This document shows, piece by piece, positions 9,391 to 18,260 of a stretch of 64,000 nt of DNA. Under the pieces are notes generated by a model. The model was not told where the DNA came from, searched no databases, and saw nothing but the letters and a program-made list of their open reading frames with translations. Every line of letters begins with the position of its first letter. Positions within the stretch are counted from its first letter, which is position 1. The position numbers and the translations under genes were made by a program. Source of the stretch: Spirulina sp. (GTDB taxonomy: Bacteria; Cyanobacteriota; Cyanobacteriia; Phormidesmidales; Phormidesmidaceae); assembly GCA_044070495.1 (NCBI GenBank), contig JBIPSI010000022.1, positions 22,949-86,948 of the forward strand, in the 5' to 3' direction.

Positions 9391-9720
9391 TTAAGCTACA
9401 TTTCGCCTAGCCAATAGACGATCACGTATGCCCACGGGGCTAAAACGTTGCTCAGCGTCTTGTTGGATCAACTCGGCTCGCTGTTGGCGTTCTGCAAGAT
9501 AAGTATGTACCTCATCTAGATGTCTGAGGTAGTAACCGATGACTAGGTAAATATCTGAAAGCTGTAGGGATGGGTACTGCTCTCCGATTTCCTCTGGTGT
9601 GAATCCTTCAAGAAAAGCCGTTACAACGGTATCTAGGGTGACGCGAGTTTTGGCGACTCGTACGACACCTTGGGGGTCGATTTCTATGGGCGCAGGTTCG
9701 AGGGCGATGGCTAGGGGCAT
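9391..9720 (-). CDS. DUF433 domain protein (antitoxin-type)
   Basis: RVAKTRVTLDTVVTAFLEG.TPEEI.EQYPSL.L.DIY..IGYY pattern. Confidence 0.9.
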   Translation of the reverse strand: MPLAIALEPAPIEIDPQGVVRVAKTRVTLDTVVTAFLEGFTPEEIGEQYPSLQLSDIYLVIGYYLRHLDEVHTYLAERQQRAELIQQDAEQRFSPVGIRDRLLARRNVA

Positions 9721-9749
9721 GGATTCGATAGTTAGTTTGATAGTTGAAG

Positions 9750-9775
9750 GGTGGGCAGCGGCGACCCTACTGACT
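9750..9775 (-). repeat. GTAG-type REP-like element with AGTCA leader (copy C)
   Basis: Minus strand AGTCAGTAGGGTCGCCGCTGCCCACC. Its TAG is the lipase stop codon. Confidence 0.75.
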
Positions 9776-11029
9776 CTCGCAATTTGATGACGTGGGTCGT
9801 CCGGCGAAGCGGTCTACCACCCAGCCGAGAATATAGATTGCCGTGTCCTCACGAGCATCATGGGACGAGCCTGGATAACGAGCAAATTGCACATTCTCGC
9901 CAGCCTTGCAACGGCGAATGGCTTCGGCTTCGCTCAATTCAAAAGGAATCAGCGGGTCAGCAGTACCATGGGCGATTAACACAGGAACCTCAATAGGATC
10001 GCTCGGTGTATTTTCCTCGAACAATGTAATCCAGGGTTCGGCTTTGAGAATATCGACACTCAGGTATTGTTTTGGTGTTCGCAACGTATTCAGAATAGGA
10101 AGAAACCCGGCTGGGGCCGTAAAACATGGTTCAACCATACGGTCGAATGCGGCCCGCTCTTCCGGTTTGATAATGGCGTTAAGATCGGCGTCTGGATAAA
10201 CCACATCCCACGCCGCAAAGACGTAGCCTAGGAAAATTCCTCCCCCTGGCTTATCTAAATTAAACTCTGCAATACCCCGCAAATTGATAGCTGGAGCCGA
10301 GGCCGCCGCCCCCAGCAACGTCAGCTCAGACGCATAGGTTTTCGCCCGTTGAGCTGTCCAAAGCGCACTATTTCCGCCCTGGGATGCCCCCCAGACAACG
10401 AATTTATCCCCTGCACTCACCTCAGCAATCTGGCGGGCGGCCCGTACCGAATCGAGCACACTTTGCGCCGCCACTGGCCCCACCATATAGGGATGAGTGC
10501 CGGGAGTGCCGAGGCCCGGATAGTCGGTAATGGCGACCACAAAACCTTCCGCCAGCATTTGCTCAATCGCCGGAGTTTGTTGGTAGGGGTCTGAGGTATG
10601 GCTGACACCGCATTCGGGGCGAATACCCGTCGTACCGTGGGCCCAGGCGATGATGTGGCGCGGTTCAGTCGGGGCTTCCTGGGGCGCAACAATGGTACCC
10701 GTCACCGCAATGGGTTGCCCATCCAAATCCGTTGATAGATACATCACCCGCCAAGCTTGTGCCTCTTCGGGTAGGTTGCTGGGCAGCGGTTCTTGCCGAA
10801 GAATGCTACCTGGTTCGCCTGGGGGAAGCGGTTGAGGAGGCGTATAGAACTGCGATGGCTTTTGCGGAGTGGCGGCTCGATGATATTTGATTAAAACAGT
10901 AATCAGGATACCAATGGCACCAAGAATCACGATTGCCGCTACAAGAAGCACCCATCGGTTTGGGCTTCGCCAAATTCTCACCATTTGTGTGTACCTATGG
11001 CGCTCCAACTCACTGGGTGATGTAGCCAC
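9767..11029 (-). CDS. Secretory lipase (LIP-type alpha/beta hydrolase), membrane anchored
   Basis: N-terminal TM helix. WAHGTTG, TDYPGLGTPG, nucleophile elbow GASQGG, HGTADPLIP, C-terminal His. Confidence 0.88.
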   Translation of the reverse strand: MATSPSELERHRYTQMVRIWRSPNRWVLLVAAIVILGAIGILITVLIKYHRAATPQKPSQFYTPPQPLPPGEPGSILRQEPLPSNLPEEAQAWRVMYLSTDLDGQPIAVTGTIVAPQEAPTEPRHIIAWAHGTTGIRPECGVSHTSDPYQQTPAIEQMLAEGFVVAITDYPGLGTPGTHPYMVGPVAAQSVLDSVRAARQIAEVSAGDKFVVWGASQGGNSALWTAQRAKTYASELTLLGAAASAPAINLRGIAEFNLDKPGGGIFLGYVFAAWDVVYPDADLNAIIKPEERAAFDRMVEPCFTAPAGFLPILNTLRTPKQYLSVDILKAEPWITLFEENTPSDPIEVPVLIAHGTADPLIPFELSEAEAIRRCKAGENVQFARYPGSSHDAREDTAIYILGWVVDRFAGRPTSSNCESQ

Positions 11030-11193
11030 CAGCTAAGCATCGAGCGTTAGATTTGCTAGATAGCCAATGCTACAGCAATTATTATTCAGCGGGTTCACGA
11101 GATAAGAGCCATATCTTAAGGAATTTAACATAATCTTTGCTAGAGAAGATCACAACTTAGGGGTGTTATCCAGTCGATTTATAAGAGTTAGAT

Positions 11194-11221
11194 GGTGGGC
11201 AGCGACTACTCTACTGACTAG
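11194..11221 (-). repeat. GTAG-type REP-like element with AGTCA leader (copy B)
   Basis: Minus strand CTAGTCAGTAGAGTAGTCGCTGCCCACC. Confidence 0.7.
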
Positions 11222-11251
11222 CTTAGATTAAGGAAGGAATATCGCTCAGTA

Positions 11252-11467
11252 TTAACCATGGTCTTGAGTTTTGGCAGACTGTAAAGCTTTTAACATCGTA
11301 TCTGCGGCTTCGTCTGCACCATAGGGCGACCATACAGGATAAGCCTGATCTGGTTTAATCAGGTCGATTTCCTGCTGGGCAAGTTCTGAGATCAGCAGTT
11401 TCATGATGTAGAACTTGTCTGAGCGACTTAGCTCTCTTAAGGTCGAAATCAGCTCTGTTGAAACCAT
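11252..11467 (-). CDS. Small conserved hypothetical protein (antitoxin-like)
   Basis: LRELSRSDKFYIM.LLISELA...YPVWSPY pattern I recognise from cyanobacterial two-gene modules. RBS GGAG upstream. Confidence 0.7.
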   Translation of the reverse strand: MVSTELISTLRELSRSDKFYIMKLLISELAQQEIDLIKPDQAYPVWSPYGADEAADTMLKALQSAKTQDHG

Positions 11468-11510
11468 AATGATTACTCCAAATAAATGACTTTAGTAGAG
11501 ATAAGAATGG

Positions 11511-11597
11511 CTAGATAGCGCAAATGATAGCGATCAGCGTCAGCCGATCATCGGGCGGCAAGCTAAGGACTTGTGATTTGAGTTCTTGTGACAACAT
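11511..11597 (-). pseudogene. 5' fragment of an antitoxin-like gene (MLSQELKSQVLSLPPDDRLTLI...)
   Basis: Manual translation of the minus strand gives 28 codons resembling addiction-module component N-termini. Confidence 0.5.
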
Positions 11598-11615
11598 AGT
11601 CTGAGCCTAGTCTAT

Positions 11616-11658
11616 GGGAGTCGGTTTCTATGGGTGCGGGTTCAATGGCGATGGACAT
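11616..11658 (-). pseudogene. Decayed 5' fragment of a DUF433 gene
   Basis: MSIAIEPAPIETD aligns with MPLAIALEPAPIEID of 9391-9720 and sits at a similar distance after a REP. Confidence 0.65.
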
Positions 11659-11677
11659 AGATTTAATTAATCTGAGT

Positions 11678-11717
11678 GGTGGGCAATGCTCACCCTACGT
11701 ACTACCCTACTGACTAG
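11678..11717 (-). repeat. GTAG-type REP-like element with AGTCA leader (copy A)
   Basis: Minus strand CTAGTCAGTAGGGTAGTACGTAGGGTGAGCATTGCCCACC. First TAG is the stop of 11707-13062. Confidence 0.75.
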
Positions 11718-13062
11718 AGTGATTAGGTAGCAGTTGCTCAAAATCCTCGCACAATGATTCATCATCTCCTTGGACAGAGAAACTCAGGTTGTCTTGATCA
11801 TCAATTTCAGAGCCTGAAGAAACTTTGACTGTCTCGAAATCTTCTCCAAAAACTTCGCGATAAGTATCTGAAAATTGCGGACTGTGCCTAAAATCTCTAA
11901 ACACTGGCCATTCCTTATAGTGATTCTTGGTCACTTCGCCAGCATTACCGATTGTTTTCATAATTTTAGCCGCCTCGTCAAATTGGTCTGACAATACTGT
12001 GCTAGCCAATTTAAAGGCATTATTACAAGCACTCCAATCTGTCTCTGATATTAATTTTTGCGCTCTTTCTGATTCACCTCCCCATTTGTAAGCAATCGCA
12101 CTATTTATAATAAAAATGAGTTTGTCTTGTTGAGAGCTATATCTTGGCAATTTCATTGCAAAAGACAAAATTCTTTTTGCAATAGAATAATTTTCCTCCT
12201 TCAAAAGTTCATAGCAAACGTCATTTAATTTAGTATCTGCAATAGATAGCTCAGATGGAATCAGCTTTCTCCATACTACATGGGTCAATTTAGTCGCAAG
12301 CTCAAAGAGTACTTCATAAGCTTCCTGCAAGTACGCTTCACTGACGTGAAGCTTCTTGCCAACTACTAAGTCCTCCTTGATTGCTACACCATGACTTCTG
12401 CATACCGTTATGTATTGGGATGAAACAATACCATTTGTATGCACAAAGAGATTGCGACGTTCCGTCATCTCAATAAATGTAGTCCAAATATCTAATTCCT
12501 TACGTAAAGGGATGCCAAGCTTCTTTTCCAACCACTCAAAATGCTCTGCATGACTTTCGCGAAGAACTGATTCTATCTCTTTCTCTAAAAGGAACTCACG
12601 CGCAGCTTCTACGGAGCCAAATTGCACAAGGTTTGCAAAAGTAAGCTGCTTTTCTGAAGCATTAAGCATCTCTGGCTTTGCATAATACATAGCCTTTATT
12701 AGTCTGCCTAAAAAAGCATCAAATTGACTAATCATCATAACCAGCAGTCCGTTGGAAATTATCGAACTTGCCGCAGAAAAATTTGAATATGTACGTATTA
12801 ATTTCCCGATATCATATGAGTATTCAAATGATACTTTATATATTTCCGCTTTCTTTTTGTTCCCGTTTTTATCTTCTTCAACTTTTTCTATTAGTTCTCC
12901 ATGCTCTTTGAAAAACTGATTTATTTTTTGCTCCGAGTCATGACGAGACTCCGTCAAGGATTTCATAATAACAGGTAGACTCTCTGATAAGCCATTGATC
13001 TCTATCAAGAAGATCCGAAGAGCTTTCGAGAAAAGATACTCTGAACTTTTGCTTTCACTCAT
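11707..13062 (-). CDS. Hypothetical protein with HEPN-like RxxxxH motif and helical/TPR-like C-terminus
   Basis: 451-aa ORF, markedly AT-rich. Motif ERRNLFVHTNG. Confidence 0.7.
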   Translation of the reverse strand: MSESKSSEYLFSKALRIFLIEINGLSESLPVIMKSLTESRHDSEQKINQFFKEHGELIEKVEEDKNGNKKKAEIYKVSFEYSYDIGKLIRTYSNFSAASSIISNGLLVMMISQFDAFLGRLIKAMYYAKPEMLNASEKQLTFANLVQFGSVEAAREFLLEKEIESVLRESHAEHFEWLEKKLGIPLRKELDIWTTFIEMTERRNLFVHTNGIVSSQYITVCRSHGVAIKEDLVVGKKLHVSEAYLQEAYEVLFELATKLTHVVWRKLIPSELSIADTKLNDVCYELLKEENYSIAKRILSFAMKLPRYSSQQDKLIFIINSAIAYKWGGESERAQKLISETDWSACNNAFKLASTVLSDQFDEAAKIMKTIGNAGEVTKNHYKEWPVFRDFRHSPQFSDTYREVFGEDFETVKVSSGSEIDDQDNLSFSVQGDDESLCEDFEQLLPNHSSQ

Positions 13063-13454
13063 AATTACTTATCCGTAAAGTCGTTTCGGCTCTTCTGGGC
13101 ATATGGTAATAAGTCAACCTTATGTCTAGGTGCGACAAGGCTTTCAGCCGGTTTAAAAAACGCAAATTGCAACTGCTATACAGCTTCATTCATAAACCCG
13201 AAATAGCCGTCATTTCTGAAAAATCAACACAAGATTCATCACCTTCAAGGTGTGCTTCTATTAAGAAATCAAGCAGCCTAACTTTGTATCAAGTGTCGAA
13301 CCTGCTAGACGCTCACTATCATGCCAGCTATTATCCATTAGTTCTGAAAGGCAAAGCTCAGATCTTAAGGAGTTGATCATTATTCCCCTGGACAATACCG
13401 TAGGGTTGGGATGCTTTCAGCAGCTTGGCAGGTTGGCCGAGTCAGGCGTTATCC

Positions 13455-16400
13455 CTAATCCCCCTCATCAATCACTGCACCACGATCCAATAATAGCAAG
13501 GTTCTCAGTTGGTCGGTGTCGAGTTCCGTCAGCCAGGTTTCGCCAGCGCTGACCACCTGTTCTGAGAGGGCTTTTTTGCTCTCGATCATCTCGTGGATGC
13601 GTTCTTCTAGGGTGCCGGAGCAGACGAATTTGTGGACTTGTACATTGCGGGTTTGGCCGATGCGGAAGGCGCGGTCGGTGGCTTGGTTTTCTACGGCGGG
13701 GTTCCACCAGCGGTCGAAGTGGAAAACGTGGTTGGCGCGGGTGAGGTTGAGGCCCACCCCTCCGGCCTTGAGGGAGAGGATGAACAGGCGAGGGGCGGCA
13801 GGGTCGTTTTGGAAGCGGTCTACCATGGCTTCGCGCTGGGTTTGGCTGGTGCTGCCGTAGAGAAACAGCGATTCGTAGCCCAGGTGGGAGGAGAGGTGCC
13901 GTTGCAGCAGCTTGCCCCACTCGGCAAACTGGGTGAAAATCAGGGCGCGATCTCCGGCGGCGACCAGTTCTTCCACCATTTCATCCAGCCGTTGCAGCTT
14001 TACAGAGCGACCCTTGAGGCCCAGGCCAGATTCCTGCAAAAACAGAGCTGGGTGGTTGCAGATTTGCTTGAGCCGGGTGAGCAGGGCCAGAATTTGCCCC
14101 TTGCGCTGCACACCGCTGGCATCGTCCAGGCTGGCGAGGGCGGCATCGACGGTTTGTTGGTAGAGGTTGGCCTGTTCGGCGGAGAGGCCGCAGAAGACGG
14201 TCATTTCCTGCTTTTCGGGCAGGTCTTGGATGATGGTGCGGTCGGTTTTGAGGCGGCGTAGAATGAAGGGCTGCACCAGGGATTTAAGGGCCTTGAGGGA
14301 AGCCACATCGCCGTAGCGTTCGATGGGGGTGGCAAAGCGGCGCTGGAAGAAGTTTTTTGGCCCCAAATAGCCCGGATTGAGGAAATCCATGATCGACCAC
14401 AGTTCCGTCAGGCGGTTTTCCACTGGGGTTCCGGTCAGGGCAATGCGAAACTGGGCTTCGATTTGGCGGACGGCCTTGGACTGTTTGGCCTCGGCGTTTT
14501 TGATGTTCTGGGCTTCATCCAGCACCACGCACTGCCAGTCCACCGCTTGCAGGGATTTGAGGTCGCGATGCACCAGGGCATAGCTGGTGATGACCAGGGA
14601 TTTGGTGTCGGCAATTTTGGCGAAGGTGCTGCCCCTGGGGCGTTTGTCGCCGTGGTAGACCAGGGTTTTGAGCTTGGGGGCAAAGCGCTGCACTTCTTTA
14701 GCCCAGTTGCCCAGCACCGAGGTGGGGCACACCAGCAGCACCGGAGACTCTAGCCAGTCGTTGGCTTGCAGATGCAGCAAAAAGGCGATCAGTTGGATGG
14801 TTTTGCCTAAACCCATGTCGTCGGCAAGGCAAGCCCCCAGCCCCCACTGCTCCAAAAAGGCCAGCCAGGACACGCCACGGGCTTGGTAGGGCCGCAGTTT
14901 GCCCTTAAATCCGGGCGGTTCCGCCATTTCGGCCAGGGTTTGGTTGCCCGTGGTCAGGGTGTCGATCAGTTGTTGCAGAGAACCGGACGCTTCAAAACTA
15001 ACGACGGGCAGCTTGTCGATGAGTTGGGTGTCTCCGGTGCTAATCCGCAGGGCATCCTCCACCGACAGGGGAGCCGCCGTTTTCTGGCCCTCCAAAAATT
15101 TCTGGGCCGCCTTCACATCCTGGGGCCGCAGTTCCACCCACTTGCCGTTAATTTCCACCAGGGGCGATCCTTGGCGAATGAGCTGCTGAAACTCCTTGGC
15201 GCTGAGGGTTTCCCCGGCCAGGGACAGTTCCCATTGGAAATTCAGCAGGCTTTTCAGGCCCAATCGCTGCCGTTGCTGGCTGGGGGGCACTTCCGCTTGC
15301 ACCTTCAGGCCCAAACGGCTGCGGGTGTCGTCCACCGAGGGAGCCAAACCGGGGGGGAAAGCCACCTCCACGCCGTTGTCTTGCAACAGCCAAGCGGAAG
15401 CCTTGATGAACTGGTACGCCTGGATCGGGTCGAGGGTGCAGTGGGTGGGGTGGGGCTGCTTCAGGCTGTCGCGGATGGGGTCATAGAACCGAGCGGCGCG
15501 ACCTAGGCCAGCCAAGAGGGTTTCCTGGGGGTCTTGCAGGATGGCCCCCAGGTGTCGCAGTTCTGCGACGGGGTGCTGCCAAATGTAATCGGCACTGGGC
15601 TGCCAGTCGGGCATCGCCACCGATTGCAGGTGGTAGCGCAGTTCCCAGGGGTTTTCCAGGGTTTCCGGCGGTCGCAACACCAGCCGCAGCCGAAATTGGT
15701 AGGCCGGATCCGCCGCCAGGGTTTGCAGGGGGGTCGTCCAAGTTGCGAGGGCTTCCTGAAGCCGTTTCGCCGCCACCGGGGACGCTTCTAGGGAATTTTT
15801 AGCGCTCGTCAACGCCTGAAGCCAGGGCTGGAGGGGCAGTTCTTGGCCTAGGTTACTGAGGTTGAGGGGGTGCTCCTGGGCGGCTTGGCGCATCTGGTGA
15901 TCCACTTGAGCCGTTAGCAGACTCACGAGCAATTCCTGAGGAGCCGTCAACGGAGCCATGCAGCTAAGGCTGGGTTCCGCCTTACCCAAGGCCAGATAAC
16001 TGCGGCAGAGGGCGGGTATGGTGTGGGAAAAGTTGCGTAGGCGCTCCTGATCGGCGGCGCTATCAAACAGCGGTCGCCAGCCCGCCGCCAGGGTTTGGCT
16101 GGTCAGTTCAATCGTTGGTAACACCTTGCCCCGTGCCAGCAAACTCAACCCCCAACGGGCGACATGTCCCCAAAAGCGGGTATCGGCACCGAGGGTATCG
16201 GCACCCAGTTCTACTCCTTGACCGAGGGGTAGCGCCAATAGCAACGGCAATGCGTCCGAGGCCGACAGCCACCAGCCCTGGATCTGCCAAGGATGTAGCA
16301 CCTTTACGGCGGGAATTTCAGCCCCATCCCCACTATCCTCTGATGCCCCATAGGCCGAGTGAATCGGGTGAATCGCGCCATAGCCAGCATCACTCTCGAT

Positions 16401-16799
16401 GGTGTGATCGGCCTGGCTGTGGGTGTCCTGACCGTTGATATCGGCCTGACCGTTGATATCTAAATGGGAGGGCAGGTGAAGGACGCACTGTCCCCAACTG
16501 GGTTCAGATCCCTTGCGAGTAGATCCCTTGGTGGTGCGTTTTCCGGTGCTCGTCGTGGCCTTGCGACGGGTGCCCCCAGCGATAAGGGCGGCGGGTAACA
16601 GCGTTCCCTCTCCTTTGCCAAGGATGGCCTGCTGCAACCGGGTCAGGAGGGCGGTGAGTTCAGATTGGTCAATGGCGTAGGGGTGGAGGTGTACCTGTTC
16701 CCAGGCGGCAAACCCCTCCTGGGGCAATGGCTTCCAGGCCTCTCCCCAAAGGAAAAACTGCTGCGCCTGCGGAAACCAACCGATGTGTAGTGTTGCCAT
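13455..16799 (-). CDS. SNF2-family helicase/ATPase (DUF3670-type)
   Basis: LADDMGLGKT, VLDEAQNIKN, LTGTPVENRL, SLKAGGVGLNL, QATDRAFRIGQ. Confidence 0.95.
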   Translation of the reverse strand: MATLHIGWFPQAQQFFLWGEAWKPLPQEGFAAWEQVHLHPYAIDQSELTALLTRLQQAILGKGEGTLLPAALIAGGTRRKATTSTGKRTTKGSTRKGSEPSWGQCVLHLPSHLDINGQADINGQDTHSQADHTIESDAGYGAIHPIHSAYGASEDSGDGAEIPAVKVLHPWQIQGWWLSASDALPLLLALPLGQGVELGADTLGADTRFWGHVARWGLSLLARGKVLPTIELTSQTLAAGWRPLFDSAADQERLRNFSHTIPALCRSYLALGKAEPSLSCMAPLTAPQELLVSLLTAQVDHQMRQAAQEHPLNLSNLGQELPLQPWLQALTSAKNSLEASPVAAKRLQEALATWTTPLQTLAADPAYQFRLRLVLRPPETLENPWELRYHLQSVAMPDWQPSADYIWQHPVAELRHLGAILQDPQETLLAGLGRAARFYDPIRDSLKQPHPTHCTLDPIQAYQFIKASAWLLQDNGVEVAFPPGLAPSVDDTRSRLGLKVQAEVPPSQQRQRLGLKSLLNFQWELSLAGETLSAKEFQQLIRQGSPLVEINGKWVELRPQDVKAAQKFLEGQKTAAPLSVEDALRISTGDTQLIDKLPVVSFEASGSLQQLIDTLTTGNQTLAEMAEPPGFKGKLRPYQARGVSWLAFLEQWGLGACLADDMGLGKTIQLIAFLLHLQANDWLESPVLLVCPTSVLGNWAKEVQRFAPKLKTLVYHGDKRPRGSTFAKIADTKSLVITSYALVHRDLKSLQAVDWQCVVLDEAQNIKNAEAKQSKAVRQIEAQFRIALTGTPVENRLTELWSIMDFLNPGYLGPKNFFQRRFATPIERYGDVASLKALKSLVQPFILRRLKTDRTIIQDLPEKQEMTVFCGLSAEQANLYQQTVDAALASLDDASGVQRKGQILALLTRLKQICNHPALFLQESGLGLKGRSVKLQRLDEMVEELVAAGDRALIFTQFAEWGKLLQRHLSSHLGYESLFLYGSTSQTQREAMVDRFQNDPAAPRLFILSLKAGGVGLNLTRANHVFHFDRWWNPAVENQATDRAFRIGQTRNVQVHKFVCSGTLEERIHEMIESKKALSEQVVSAGETWLTELDTDQLRTLLLLDRGAVIDEGD

Positions 16800-17053
16800 T
16801 AACCTATCTTACCGACTCGCTCAAACCATAGTTGCTGAAAAAACACTGGACTGCCAAGCAATCCAGCAATGCCGTAACCCCTGACTACCATTGGATCAAG
16901 GGGCTAACACGAAGGAAACGACCTACCTAACCCGTTTATCTTACCCCCTTTGCCAGGGCAGATTGGGGCTAGGGCAACGGGCCATTTCCATCGTTCTAGC
17001 CCCGTGGTGATTGGAGGATTACCCCAGCTTAGGGGTCGATGCGAGGCATCTGT

Positions 17054-17986
17054 CTAGGCAGCGAGGATTTGATCATCCAAACTAAAATCCACCTCGGCCT
17101 TGTCTTTGCCCGTGGCGAGATAGTCGTTTTGGAAGGAGTCCTTCAGCCCCGCGACCAGGTCAAACTTCGGTGCCCAATTGAGTTCGGCCTGGGCTTTGTC
17201 GATGGCGGTGAAGAAATGCTGCACCCGCATGGGGAAGGCTTTGGCTTTCCCAAAGTCAAAGGCTTTGGGGTCGTAGTGGACGATCTTGAGGTCGGCGGGA
17301 TCTTGGCCAGATGCTTCGGCACAGGCACGGGCCAATCCATCAAAGGTGACGGCCTTTTCGCCGGAGATGTTGTAGATCTGGCCGATGGCGGTGTCGTTGC
17401 CCAGCACGGCGACCATGGCTTCGGCTAAATCCTGCACATGGCCCAACTGGGTGAGGTGCATCCCGTTGCCGGGGATGGGAACGGGGCGGTTGCGGACAAT
17501 GCGGTCGAAGAACCAGGCTTCTAGGGGGTTGTAGTTTTGGGGGCCATAGATATAGACCGGACGCACGGAGGTGAAGGGGACACCCTGGGCCTGGAGGTAG
17601 GCTTCGGTTTCAAATTTGCCCTTGTGACGGCTTTTGGGATCCACCGCATCCCCTTCGATGTGGGGCATTTGGTCGGATTTGAGGTACACCCCAGCCGAAC
17701 TCACGTAGACGAAGTGCTGTACCTTATCGCCAAACAGTTCCACCAGGGGCTGAGTGTCCGATAGTTCACGCCCGTTGTTATCGAAGATGGCGTCAAAGGA
17801 TTCCCCCGCCAGCTTGCTTTTCAGGGTGTCAGCATCGGTGCGGTCGCCCACAATAGTTTGCAAGCCTTCCACCGGAGACGGCTTTTTGCCTCGGTTAAAC
17901 AGCACCACCTCATGGCCCTGGGCTACGAGCAACTTCGTGAGATACACCCCAATAAACCGAGTGCCGCCCATGACTAAAATTCGCAT
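17054..17986 (-). CDS. NAD-dependent epimerase/dehydratase, CSP41b-like RNA-binding protein
   Basis: MRILVMGGTRFIG, SSAGVYLKSDQMPH, DPKSRHKGK, FPMRVQHFF. Confidence 0.88.
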   Translation of the reverse strand: MRILVMGGTRFIGVYLTKLLVAQGHEVVLFNRGKKPSPVEGLQTIVGDRTDADTLKSKLAGESFDAIFDNNGRELSDTQPLVELFGDKVQHFVYVSSAGVYLKSDQMPHIEGDAVDPKSRHKGKFETEAYLQAQGVPFTSVRPVYIYGPQNYNPLEAWFFDRIVRNRPVPIPGNGMHLTQLGHVQDLAEAMVAVLGNDTAIGQIYNISGEKAVTFDGLARACAEASGQDPADLKIVHYDPKAFDFGKAKAFPMRVQHFFTAIDKAQAELNWAPKFDLVAGLKDSFQNDYLATGKDKAEVDFSLDDQILAA

Positions 17987-18260
17987 GATTACCTCCCAAC
18001 CGCTGAAGAAACCGGATCCAAATCCAAAGGGGGCCGTTTACCGAGGATTTACCCCAGGGACGGGCTGAACTTGGTTTTATGTCCCTATATTAAGCCGTGG
18101 CGATCCCCGAAATTTGCCTTAAGAATCAGGGCCTTGGGGCCAACGACCCTTAAGCTGAACCGTAGATATGCCCAGCACCCTTACGCGGGAGGGGGAACCC
18201 GCCTAAAATGTTAGGAATTAAGCACTTCGCCCCACGGCCTCTGCGCGAGACTATCTCCCT

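Noticed and set aside
13122..13376. 84-aa ORF
   Set aside because: No recognisable motif. Likely the AT-rich promoter region of the HEPN-like gene.
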